Origin: Octopus sinensis
Taxonomy: Eukaryota
Length of the DNA stretch: 64,000 nucleotides
Assembly (NCBI RefSeq): GCF_006345805.1
Contig: NC_043002.1
Coordinates: 117,614,001-117,678,000 of the forward strand
Direction of reading: 5' to 3'
In this document: positions 38,107 through 49,548 of the stretch, piece by piece
How positions within the stretch are numbered: the stretch's first letter is position 1
Layout of the letters: each line of letters opens with the position of its first letter
Notes under the pieces: model-generated
What the model saw: only the letters and a program-made list of their open reading frames with translations
Told to the model about the DNA's origin: nothing
Database searches by the model: none
Position numbers and translations under genes: made by a program

Positions 38107-39392
38107 TAGGGTGCGATGGGTAAATTGTCGCCATTTTATATTTTTAATTTCACTTATGCGCATTGTTTGTTTTTGATTTTGTCGGCTACACTATGGTTGA
38201 GTCAGTTGGACACCGTCTGTGAGAAAAATAGCACCATGGTGCAATTCACTCTGCCAGAAATTTGGAAATGACATGCTTGGCATTAGCGCTGGAGGCTCTG
38301 ATACGAACATTTCAGAGTGTTTGGGTGTCAATCTGAGAACACTCAGATTGACACCCAACAATCTGCAGAAGATTCGGAAAGAGTTAATGAGTCTAATGGT
38401 GATTACGGAGGTACGGTAGCTCGGAAAATTCACTCTGATGGTTCTCATAAGAAAAGAACTGCTGAATTTGTTGGTAAGATCCAGGCCATGATTGACACCG
38501 ATTCCTGCAAGTCAGTCAGGTCCATTGCCAGCGACACGGGAGTGTCTGAGTTTCTTATCAGGCAGGTAGTACATGAAGACATTCGGTATCCCTCATACAA
38601 GATGAGAAACAGCCAATTTTTATCCCAACCCATCAAGAACAAGAGGAGAGACCGCGCTGTGAAGCCTTTGAGCAAACTCAAGCGTCCCCTCCAACCGAAC
38701 ATATTTTAGATTTTCTCAACAAGAAAATTTATGCCAGGATCAGATGGTGAACACACAGAACAACTGCTGACTTGCCATGTCCCTCAAACATGTACCGAGA
38801 GTGATAAAAATCAAACATCCAGTCAACATCATGGTATTTGAAGTGATCACTAGTGATGACGACGTTATACCTCCATTCATCTTCCCACAAGGCCTCAGAT
38901 TCAACATGGAGGCTTACATCAAGTGCCTGGAGGAGGTAGTGCTGGGTCAAGAGGGTGGCTGCTAGAAGACCTTATGACTAGCAATATGACTCTGCATCAT
39001 GTCACACACGCAGGAGAACCCAGTCATGGTTGTCAGATGACTTCTAACATCTGGCCACCTAAATCCCCAGACTGCAACCTACTTGATTATTATGTGTGGG
39101 GCGCAGTTGAGCAAGAGACCAACAAAACTCCTTGTAACACTAAAGATGAACTGAAGACAAAGATTATGGCAACATACACCAACATAAGCAAAGAGACCAT
39201 CCAGAAGAGTTGCAAGAGATTCCAAAGTCGTCTGGAAGCTGTGGTTCAAGCCAATAGTGATTTTATTGAATGAATTTACTCTTTAGTACTTCAAGATATT
39301 TTTATGTAATTTTTGTAAATATATCTGTTAAAATGAGATGCCAGTGTTATTTTCATTTATGCATAATTTAGACAATTTATTCACTGCACTGT
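38107..39392 (+). mobile_element. Degenerate Tc1/mariner element, maT (DD37D)-like
   Basis: KHPVNIMVFEVITSD and NIWPPKSPDCNLLDYYVWG; degenerate TIRs sharing TAAATTGTC. Confidence 0.8.
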
Positions 39393-39414
39393 GTTTGTGT
39401 GTGTGTGTGTGTGT

Positions 39415-39448
<34 letters not shown>

Positions 39449-39465
39449 TGTATATGTATATATAT

Positions 39466-39529
<64 letters not shown>

Positions 39530-39628
39530 CACCCCCTCCCCAATGTGGTTAGCCATGATAAGATGGCTTCTATACTTTACATTATCGAGCGATTACTGTT
39601 TCAATCTCATTCTGAGATTTAATTATGC

Positions 39629-39691
<63 letters not shown>

Positions 39692-39696
39692 AAATG

Positions 39697-40362
39697 TTCG
39701 AAAGCTTATATTCAAAATAAGATATTGCTATTGTTAATATTATCTGTGGTATATATTTGTAATTGATAATAACAACCGTAATATATGCGGTTCCATGTTT
39801 AATAGCATTATATAGCGATAAAATTAAAAGTTAGCACGAAGCATAAAGATACACAAAGCATCAGCTTGTTTAGAAATAGGAGTGAAAGTCCCAATTCAAC
39901 CACCAAAAAGCACCAAAATAAGAGAAAATAACAGTAAGCGAGGGAAACGGATAAAGAATTTAGAAATTCAAAAGCATGCCATTAAGGATTATACCATTCA
40001 GATGCTCATATATCATGGCTTCGGGTTCTGGCCCAATAGGCCTCAACCTTCATCAGTATGAGTTACTGAAGAAAATATTCTAAGTCCGCCACGTTATAAA
40101 TCCATTAGCATTCTGGTTAGTTTTGCACCAAAAACCAGTCCACACGGTACAAATATATTTATAAGCAAAACATTTGAATGCTTACATTCGAAATAAGATA
40201 TTACTATTGTTAATATTATCTGTGGTGAATATTTGGAATTGATAATGATAATAACTGTAATACCGACGGTTCCAGGTTTAATAGCATTATAGAGCTATAA
40301 AATTAAAAATTAGCTTGAAGCATAAGGATGCTCAAAGCATCAGCCTGTTTAGAAATAGGAGT
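39697..40362. repeat. Diverged direct repeats (about 39697-39882 and 40173-40362) flanking a hammerhead-like motif
   Basis: Alignable by eye; partial-tandem, pLTR-like layout. Confidence 0.75.
40005..40062 (-). ncRNA. Decayed hammerhead ribozyme
   Basis: CUCAUA-CUGAUGA-AGGUU...GAACCC-GAAGC-CAUG-AUA-UAUGAG. Perfect stem I; two stem III changes relative to ACCAUGGU. Confidence 0.55.
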
Positions 40363-40609
40363 TATATATACAAACACAAATGTATATACAGCATAATTTA
40401 ACGTGAAATAAGGAAACCTTCTTTTTTAATCAAAAATTATGTTTAAAAAATATGGGAGTTTCTTATACATGAATCATTTTATAATCTCTTACAAAACCTT
40501 TTTTTCAAAATGTTAATCCCCCCAAATGAGGGGATTCCTTACACACGAGGGTTCTTTATACATATAATATATCTTTATATACGGTACATATAATTCTTTA
40601 GCAAGAATT

Positions 40610-40707
40610 GTATTGACAGTGACTTCAAAGTTTCGGCCTGCTAAGGCAATCATCAGACTGTCTGATGATGGTTTAGCAGGCTGAAACTTCGAAGCCTCTG
40701 TCAATAC
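40610..40707. repeat. Imperfect palindrome centred in hammerhead stem I
   Basis: Arms of about 48 bp with several mismatches and 1 indel. Confidence 0.85.
40615..40662 (-). ncRNA. Type I hammerhead ribozyme
   Basis: GACAGU-CUGAUGA-UUGCCUUAGCAGGCC-GAAAC-UUUGAA-GUC-ACUGUC. Perfect 6-bp stem I. Confidence 0.75.
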
Positions 40708-40999
40708 TATTCTTGTCAATGAATAATAAATATATACTCTACAAAAAGTATTGGATAGTGTTTTCCTTATAACACAAAAGCAAACATTAATATATATATA
40801 TTATATATATGTGTATTAAGTAATCGTTGGTTATAACCGATCAGAAAATTACCATTATTCCACTTAACAATATAAGCGACGAATCAGACCTGCTGCCTGG
40901 AGGCACATAACCTTTTTACTAATGGAGGTAAAAATGCAGTTTTGGTCAGCTTGATAGTGAAAAAACACTCTGGAAGAAAATTTTTTCGAAACAAAAGCC

Positions 41000-41620
41000 C
41001 TTCTGGGAGAAATGGAGTTCTGTTCTATCCAAAAAGGCTCAGTTTATGTACATTTTTCGTTCACTAGTCAGAAACCGGGAAAGCCCACGTTTTCAACATG
41101 AATTTTCTAACATTATGGCACCAAGTAAAAAATTTCACTTTTTGAATTTAAGACGGTGCCTGGATCAAGCGAATCTTTTTAGGATCCTTGCTCTCTCGGC
41201 CAAGAAAAGCTTGCATCGTTTGCTTCCATTGAGGTATGGTCCAAGCTGTTTCCAGGACTTCCATTTAATCCTGTTTGACGTCCTCTCTTCTTTTTTAAAC
41301 GCAATATGTAGTCAACCAGTTGCATTTCTCTGGGATCCTAAAAGTGGACTTGTGGTTATTTAGTCACTTAAAGGGTCCCCACCTCCGTTGCTCCAACATA
41401 TTTCCGTGTACGTCTCCCTACGTTGTTAGTGCTGCTGTTGTTGCTGCTGCTACTGTCGGACACTACATCTGCGCTATAGACTACGGCCTTGAAGTTGCAT
41501 CGACTGCCTACTGGGCGTTAACCATACATAAGCATTCTATTACCGTGCGGGGTTTAGAGGCGTTGACTAAAATTTATGTTTACACCGAGTGCACAGATGA
41601 ACAAGACCCTTAAGTTGTGA
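41000..41620 (-). mobile_element. Penelope-like GIY-YIG remnant
   Basis: CPVGSRCNFKAVVYSADVVS...RKYVGATE...IKWKSWKQLGPYLNGSKRCKL; homologous to 47100-47700. Confidence 0.8.
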
Positions 41621-41689
41621 CTTTTAAGTAATCGTCCATACTTATGGGATTGCATGATGTGCTTATCTACTAATCTAAGGAAGATCCAA

Positions 41690-42740
41690 CCAAGCTCTCA
41701 ATTCTGCATCAATATCGAACAAAACTCCGCGCATAGCATTTGAAAGAGATTGGGAGAGGTGGAAATTCGTTGGTGCCAAATCATGAGAGTACGGCGGGTG
41801 TGACAGCACTTCCCAGCCATGCGTTTGAATGGCTTCCTTGGTCATATTGGCGATATGAGGGCGGGCGTTGTCGTGCAGCAGAAGAACTCCATGCTGACGA
41901 TTAGGTCTTTTCTCTTGAATAGCCGTGTTGAGTCGTTCCATCTGTTGAACATAGAGATTCGTGTTGACCGTTTGGTTCCGTTCAAGCAATTCGTAATGGA
42001 TAATTCCTTCCCAGTCCCACCATACGCACAACATCTTGTTTCACGCGCGGTGTCGCTTGTTTACCGGGGCTAAGCCATTCCTTACGCTGCTTCATATTGA
42101 TGTACAGGCACCATTTTCCGTCGCCAGTTACGATTCGGTAAAGAAATCGTTGCTTGTGTCCATGAGTTGAGCGGTGACGAGCAAGCAAACCAGCGGAGAT
42201 TGTGGCTTGTTGAATTTTGTTGTTGTCACTTAAAGCATGCGGAACCCATGCTCCATACTTCTGAACCTTTCCCATCGAGTGAAGATGCTTCTCTATAACA
42301 GTGTGGGAGCATTCCATTTTCTCTGCCAGTTCCCTTGTCGTTTGACAAGAATTTTCGTGCAAAAGTTAGTTTAATCACTCTTCATCGAACTCAACTGGAC
42401 AGCTAGAACAGCGTCTTTGAGATCAAAATTTCCGTTTTTGAACTTAGCATACCAATCATGAACAGTTCTTTCAGCTATGGCTTAAATGTCGCGAGCAGCT
42501 TTTGCACCTTTAGAACCTTGATTAAAAGCAAAAAGGAGGTGTCGAGAATACTCGTTTTTCTTAACTTGACATTCCATGTTAATGATCTGAAAATTAACTA
42601 AAATTAACCAGAGAAAAAAAAAAAATAGATTCCAAAATGATTGAAAAATAAAATCTTAAAAAAAAAAGATTCCAAAATTTAAAAACGCAATAAATTCCAA
42701 AATTTAAAACGAACGGCAGGAACTTAGTTGCCAACCCAAT
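41690..42740 (-). mobile_element. Mariner transposon, 3'-truncated and frameshifted
   Basis: One TIR at about 42713-42740, ATG at 42577; motifs WVPHAL, VTGDGKW, LLHDNARPH and HPPYSHDLAP; second TIR absent. Confidence 0.9.
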
Positions 42741-42743
42741 ATA

Positions 42744-42829
<86 letters not shown>

Positions 42830-42832
<3 letters not shown>

Positions 42833-43248
42833 GTATAGGAAAGAATGGAGCTGAACGAAGATTTAACAAAATTCCTTTATTTTATTTTCGACATATGTTT
42901 CGAAGTCTGCAAAATCCCTAATTCCAAATGAAGAAGGAGTCCATTATGCAGCTTTCTCTTCAGGAAAATCCAGGAACTTCTTTTGCCAACAAAATGCACA
43001 ACAAGTTTTTAGATGACTGCTCACGAGGAGCCCATTATCGCTATGGGCTCCTCGTGAGCAGTCATCTAAAAACTTGTTGTGCATTTTGTTGGCAAAAGAA
43101 GTTCCTGGATTTTCCTGAAGAGAAAGCTGCATAATGGACTCCTTCTTCATTTGGAATTAGGGATTTTGCAGACTTCGAAACATATGTCGAAAATAAAATA
43201 AAGGAATTTTGTTAAATCTTCGTTCAGCTCCATTCTTTCCTATACTTA
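42830..43248. repeat. Perfect DNA palindrome with 206-bp identical arms and a 7-nt loop (43036-43042)
   Basis: Base-by-base comparison shows 0 mismatches; abuts a long (TA)n tract. Confidence 0.97.
43109..43194 (+). ncRNA. Type I hammerhead ribozyme with extended stem II (mirror copy on - strand, 42884-42969)
   Basis: AUUUUC-CUGAAGA-GAAAGCUGCA...UGCAGACUUC-GAAAC-AUAU-GUC-GAAAAU; palindromic ACAUAUGU stem III. Confidence 0.8.
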
Positions 43249-43638
43249 TACTATTAAACTTCAAATTTCCGCACTAAGGCACGGAGTCGTAATTTCAACC
43301 GTGTTCTTTCTGTTGTGAGTTTGCTACCCAGGTATCAGTTATCTTTCGAATTATCTGTAATAAGATAATTCATTTATCTACTTAAATATATATATATAGT
43401 ATTTAAATAAATTGAATATTAATTTGATTAATATCAAATTAAAACCAGTGGTCTAGCATTTTGAAAAATCTGAAGATTCAGAAAAATTATATTACATACA
43501 TATAAGGGGGATGACCAATAAGTGGACATCCATTATGCTAATCTGACCACTAAGAAAAGATTGTTCTCAAGGAAATTGAGCAAACGCCAGAACGTAAGCG
43601 AGCAAGACAAATGAAAAGATACAAAATATAAAGATTAA

Positions 43639-43707
43639 TCACAAAATCGATTTCATTGTTACCACTTATGTAATACTTACGTAAATATCCGCAATTCATC
43701 AGTATGA
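43639..43707 (-). ncRNA. Hammerhead-like motif, near intact
   Basis: UCAUA-CUGAUGA-AUUG...CAAU-GAAAU-CG-AUU-(U)UGUGA; palindromic AUCGAU; one extra U before stem I. A 13-bp foldback lies at 43691-43727. Confidence 0.6.
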
Positions 43708-44400
43708 CGATCAAACTGATGAATTGCGAACACAATTACCATAGGCGTTTGTTTGTTTTCTCTCGAAGAGAAGATAGTTTCGATATACCAAGAATGTATT
43801 TTGTATGGTATTTAGTATAACATGATTGTTTATTTAGTTTGTCTAAAATCGCAGCATTGGCCATTCTGAGTTATTCCCCTTAGATCATTTTGGTGGTGGG
43901 GATGTTCTTTTGTGTGTGCGTGTGTGTGTGTATGCGTGTGTGCGTATGTGTGTACATCTACAAATACACACACACAGGTAAATCTAAGAGTAAAAAACGA
44001 CAAAAGCTTATTGGACGTACACAGCGAATATATTAGATTGACGCTCAGTGAATATGTGTGTGTGTGTATAAATAATTAAGATTCAGTTGAATTAGGTACT
44101 TAGATTGAGGCACCAAGCCAGTTCGGTGCAATCCGCGCAGCTCAAAGTTAGGTGAATAAAAAGCAAATAAGTAACGGCCGTTTCAAGCGGCTCCATTTAA
44201 TCGATCAATGAAAGCATTGCATCAATTTGAAATAAACTACTCTTTTCGGAAGCGGATGACCAAACAAATTTCCAACATAAAGGATAAACCACTGTTTTTT
44301 AGTAAGTTTTTGTCAGTACAAGAGACTAAAATAATTACATTGTTTCCGTTTTCTATTTTTTGTGGCAGAATGATACCTGGACATCCTTGTTACTTATTTG

Positions 44401-44491
<91 letters not shown>

Positions 44492-44610
44492 TATACATAT
44501 ATATACATATACATATATATACATGCATACGTATATGTATGTGTGTTATATATATATATACATATATATACATATATATACATATACATATATATACATG
44601 CATACGATAT

Positions 44611-44658
<48 letters not shown>

Positions 44659-44798
44659 CATACATACATATTGATATATCCATATACATACATGCACACA
44701 CACACACACACACACACATACATGCATACATGTACACTTTCAAGTATATTACACATGTATATTAATTACTCTCTTAATTCTTTCTGTTATTCACACAG

Positions 44799-44962
44799 AG
44801 AGTGTCCGAAGTGAAAAGTCTTCAAAATGAACTCATTAGAATCCGTGCTATGATAGAACCAATCGTTGGTAAGCGACCCAGGATCTTTGTCAAGGCATGG
44901 ATTGATGAAAAACTACCCCTCACCGCTGATATTAACAAATGGACAATATACACAGCCTACAG
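44799..44962 (+). CDS. CCDC154: CCDC154-like exon ([16 protein letters not shown]...[12 protein letters not shown])
   Basis: CAG acceptor, AG|GTATTT donor, phase 0/2. [10 protein letters not shown] recalls the vertebrate CCDC154 MNxWGVYQAVR motif. Confidence 0.8.
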
Positions 44963-45492
44963 GTATTTTCCTCTACAATTGTTTGATTCTCATCATTTTA
45001 TTTGTTGCTATTTACCCTCATGTCTAAATTAACAATTCCTTCTACTAATAGGCACAAGGCCTGAAATTTGGAGTGGGGTGCTAGTCCAGTATATCAACCT
45101 CAGTACTCAAATGGTACTTGTTGCAATGACCCCAAAAGAGATGAAAGGCAAAGTCGACCTCAACGGAATTTGAACTCAGAACGTATTGATGGACTAGCAT
45201 TTTGCTCGGCGTGCCAACGATTCTCCCAGCTCGTCACCTCAATCTTTCGAATTTCAAATTTTAGTACAAGGCTAGCAAGTTCGTTGGAGGGAGTGAGTCG
45301 ATTACATTGACCCCAGTAATCAACTCTGAAAGGATGACAGACAATGTCGACTTCAGTGGAATTTGAACTAAGGGAGTAAAGACAGACAAGATGCCGCTAA
45401 GCATTTTGCTCAGCATGATAATGATTCTCCCAGCTCGCCACCTTAGTCTAAATTAATAAATGATTTCAAATTTGCCAGCTCGTTACCCTAAG

Positions 45493-46355
45493 TGTGTAAT
45501 CCCTCGACTCTCGCGAGTGTTACGTTCCAAAATCTCGTGCTTTAGGTGTGTAGGTGGAGTTACCGCCTTTGACAGCAGGTTTAAACAGGCTCGCACTAGA
45601 TGGCGCAAGCAGCGGTAAGATTCTGACACGAGGACTTGACGACTTCTTCTTTTGACATCTAGACGTCGTAGATCTAACAAGGATATGATTTAGACACGGC
45701 GTCTAGCAGACATGAGGTAACGCACAGAAGAACATGGCCGCTACGCATCAAATCCTTTCCATTTATCATTCAACTTGTGTGTGTGTGTGAGTGAGGCCTA
45801 CATTAAAGGTATTTAAAGTTACAGCCTTGTTCTATGTATTTCTTTGTACCATGTCCCTATCAAATGATATTACAGCCTTCTGAAGGAGTCAACTTTCAGA
45901 TGACTCTACAACTCTGATATAAACACCATCTAAAGGTGAAAATCCGCGAAGTAGAAACAGTACTGTACTGTATATTTATTATCATTTTTTTATAATTTGT
46001 ATATATTTAAGCTTTTATAAACTCTCCCCTCACTCTTAGGAGTTTCGTTTTCCATACAGCACGTGCGATTCTTTGTTTACTCATCTACAGTACACTACGT
46101 ATTTTCTTTTAATATATTTTAATTAATGGGTTAATTAATTAGTGCGGTACTGTACAGTATTTTATTTATTAATTTATTCATTTTTAAGCGTGAAAATGTT
46201 TATTTTACCACAGAAATAATTAAAATATAAAAAATATAAATACCTATCGGCCGCAGAAACCCACGATATACTGAGGGGTCCGCGATATAAATTTACAAAA
46301 CTCTGCGATGTACTGAGTGCACAAGTAAAGTGCAATGTGGCGAGTGATTACTGTA
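45493..46355. mobile_element. Pogo/Tigger-like non-autonomous element
   Basis: Termini GTAATCCCTCG.../...CGAGTGATTACTGTA. Confidence 0.45.
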
Positions 46356-46876
46356 CTAGATTCATTTATATGATGTTTGTATATTCTTTATTCTTCATTA
46401 TGTACTGTTTAGTTTCGTACTGTACAAGACATGAACTGGAGCAGGCGTAGGCAATCTCTTCAAGAAGCGGGCCGCATGAGACATGATTCGTCATCTGCCG
46501 GGCCATACAGCTAAAAAATTCAAAATAATTTTTTGCCAAACGTGCCATTCAGAAAGTCCTCAGTTTGCAGGTTGCCCTTGACTAAACTAACCTTAGCGTA
46601 TTTTAATACTTTTTTATGTCCTAAACAATATCGGTTTCAAATTTTGATACAAGACCAGCAATTTCAAGCAAGGGGTAAGTCGATTGTATCGACCCCAGTG
46701 CTTAACTGGTACTTATTTTATCGATCCAGAAAGGATGAAAGGCATAGTTGACCTTGGCAGCATTTGAACTCAGAATGTAAAGACGGACTAAATGCCACTC
46801 GGCAGTTTTCTCGGGCTTATCGCCTTTATGTTCTAATACTTTGGCTAATTTTCCCCCTTTTTTTTTAACGTTCCAG

Positions 46877-46940
46877 ATGGTTGTCATGGAAAAAAGAATG
46901 GCTGAGACCTGTACAAAGAAAAAGATTGCGTTCACGATGA
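46877..46940 (+). CDS. CCDC154: CCDC154-like terminal coding exon (WLSWKKEWLRPVQRKRLRSR*)
   Basis: TTCCAG acceptor; phase 2 completes R|WLSWK, similar to CCDC154 RWLxWK; TGA at 46938-46940. Confidence 0.8.
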
Positions 46941-46967
46941 AGAAGAGTTGACTGGCGAATCGTGTAG

Positions 46968-46973
46968 AATAAA
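46968..46973 (+). terminator. Candidate polyadenylation signal AATAAA
   Basis: 27 nt after the stop codon, followed by U-rich sequence. Confidence 0.45.
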
Positions 46974-47099
46974 GAAATATTTAAAACAAGCAAACTTGTT
47001 TTTTGTTGATCTATGGATGTTTATAACTGAATGAATTAACATTTTTTTGTTTTCTAATGGTTTTGGCAAGGGTGGAAGGGAAGCGCTCTTGAACTAACT

Positions 47100-47700
47100 G
47101 TTAAAAAGATTTTAGTGAACGCCCCTAAACCCTGCACTGAAGCAGGATGCTCAAGTAGGTTTAATAGTGAATGTCCAGTAGTTAGTCGACGCAACTGTGA
47201 GACCGTGGTCCATGAGGCAGAGGTGGAGTCCGCCTGTAGCAAGAGCAAGGGCAGCGATAGCAACAGAAGCAGCAGCAAAAATAATAACAGCAATAACAAC
47301 AACAGTACTAGCAATGAATCCGGCAATAGCAGCAGCTGCAATAACAGCAGCAGTACCAATAACGTAAAGACACGTTCACTGAAATGTGTTGAAGTGACTA
47401 AATAACCACAAGTCCTCTTTTAGGATCCCAGAGAGGCGGAAAATTATGCCTTTGGCCAACTACATATGGCCAAAAGAAAAGGGAACGTCATACAGAATTA
47501 AATGGAAGCTCCTTGAACAACTTGGACCATACTTCAACGAGAGCAAACAATGCAAACTTTGTTAGGCCGAGAGGGCAAGAATCCTAAAAAATTCGCTTGA
47601 CTCAGGGCCTTATTCAACTCAAAAAGGGAGATGTTTAGTTGGTGAACGAAAATTAGACATAAACTGATCCTTTTCGGACAGAATTAGAACCTAGAAGGGG
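47100..47700 (+). mobile_element. Penelope-like GIY-YIG remnant with an expanded Ser/Asn linker
   Basis: NCETVVHEAEVES-[S/N repeat]-VKTRSLKCVEVTK*...NNHKSSF...IKWKLLEQLGPYFNESKQCKLC. Confidence 0.75.
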
Positions 47701-48274
47701 TCTTCGTTTTCAAAAATATGGTTTCGGCTTTTTCTAAAAAAATTTTCACGAGCCTGTATCTTTACTTCTTTTTGTAAAGAGGTTATGTGCCTCCGGCCAG
47801 CAGGTATGTTGGTTCACCTATATCAATAAGAGTATAATAGACGCGGAACTAATAGTAAATTTCTAACTAATCATAACCAAAGACTACATAGGCTTTACTT
47901 CCACACACGCCAGCTTAATCTAATTCGCCCTTAGTCAAAAGACATCTGTTGTTATGTCCTGTTATTTGTATTTGTGCACACTTCTCCGTTTTTTTTCGTC
48001 CTTGTTTTCGTATACATTCGCTGCTTTCTTCCAAGAAATCTAATGCTCTTAGCTTAGTTTTTCCTTGGGGTTGGCCAGATTGGAGCAATCTCGAGTTTAA
48101 CCAGCCGAAATTGCAAAGATAATCTGGAACTCGACTGAAGAAAGAAAACTCCGAATGACCCGTCCTTGTTTTCTTTCTATCGTCTATCTGGATGTTTTGT
48201 TGTCCCTTTTGCGTTCTTGTCCCATTTTGTATTATATATTATATATATATATATAATATATATATATATATATA

Positions 48275-48947
48275 AATAGTTATCGCCATACTAATATGGC
48301 ATTCTTATAAAAATAAGAATAAAGCTGTCCGCTTATTAGCTCCATGAGGCCATCGCCTTAAGTTAGCTATTTGATACACAAATGTATCCATATAACCTTC
48401 GAACAAGGGAGGTCAGTCGCTCCACACTACTTGACCGGCAGCTACAGACGCGTTCATGGAGCTAATAAGCGGACAGCTTTATTCTTATTTTTATAAGAAT
48501 GCCATATAGTATGGCGATAACTATTATTTTCCGGGAACGCTGCCGTTGTTCTCTTTTAGAGAGACTTAGTAATTTTAATATTTCTATTATTGAAAACAAG
48601 TGGATGTATTCCACCGAAGCTAGGTAAATAAAACCTTCGAACAGAGATTGTCAGAAGCGACACCTACTGGTCTGGCTACGCTGCATTGGAAAGGGGCAAT
48701 ACCCCGAAACGCGTCTGTAGCTGCCGGTCAAGTAGTGTGGAGCGACTGACCTCCTTGTTCGAAGGTTATATGATACAGTTTGTGTATCAAATAGCTAATT
48801 AAGGCGATGGCCTCATGGAGCTAATAAGCGGACAGCTTTATTCTTATTTTTATAAGAATGCCATATTAGTATGGCGATAACTATTATTTTCCGGGAACGC
48901 TGCCGTTGTTCTCTTTTAGAGAGACTTAGTAATTTTAATATTTCTAT

Positions 48948-48950
<3 letters not shown>
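48275..48950. mobile_element. Penelope pLTR-like composite: inverted partial copy, partial direct copy and full unit
   Basis: 48275-48454 is the reverse complement of 48708-48885; 48454-48590 repeats 48813-48950; flanked by (TA)n. Confidence 0.85.
48680..48721 (+). ncRNA. Hammerhead-like motif with U3-A8 core (also A6 to G)
   Basis: GCUGCA-UUGGAAA-GGGG(CAAUA)CCCC-GAAAC-GC-GUC-UGUAGC; palindromic ACGCGU stem III. Confidence 0.6.
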
Positions 48951-48983
<33 letters not shown>

Positions 48984-48985
48984 AA

Positions 48986-49313
48986 GGCGCATGGCTCAGT
49001 GGTTAGAGCGTCGAGCTTACGATCATGAGGTTGTGAGCTCGAATCCCGGACCGGGCTGCGTGTTGTGTTCTTGAGCAAAGCACTTTATTTCACGTTGCTC
49101 CAGTTCACTCATCTGTAGAAATGAGTCGCGACGTCACTGGTGCCAAGCTGTATCGACCTTTCTCTTTCCCTTGGATAACACTGGTGGCGTGGAGAGGGGA
49201 GGCTGGATGCATGGGCGCGACTGCTGGTCTTCCATAAAAAACCTTGCCCGGACTTGTGTCTAGGAGGGTAACTTTCTAGGTGCAATCCCATGGTCATTCA
49301 TGACCGAAGGGGT

Positions 49314-49314
<1 letters not shown>
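48986..49314 (+). mobile_element. Full-length SINE family A
   Basis: A-box TGGCTCAGTGG and B-box-like GCTCGAATCCC. Confidence 0.85.
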
Positions 49315-49374
<60 letters not shown>

Positions 49375-49548
49375 TATTTATTTTTATTTTTTTTTGCGGT
49401 ATTGTGTGTTAGTTTCCCTTTTTGCATCTGTTATTTTATTATTGATCTTCTATATAAATGAAGCTATATCCTTTAATTTGCTGCTTTTCTTCACAAGAAC
49501 TAAGCAGGTACATTGCGGAACTGTTATTTTAATGAGTTGTATCTGTTT

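Noticed and set aside
42928-43150. Two near-identical 68-aa ORFs on opposite strands
   Set aside because: By-product of the perfect palindrome.
44869-44874. GTAAGC internal donor in exon 44799
   Set aside because: The frame stays open through it into the conserved W-rich motif; at most a cryptic site.
47054-47405. Leu-rich and Ser/Asn-rich ORFs as host genes
   Set aside because: Explained by a Penelope GIY-YIG remnant with a repeat expansion.
48986-49060. tRNA gene-like sequences (also 15508 and 53043)
   Set aside because: These are SINE heads continuing into CORE-like bodies, with no complete cloverleaf or terminator.
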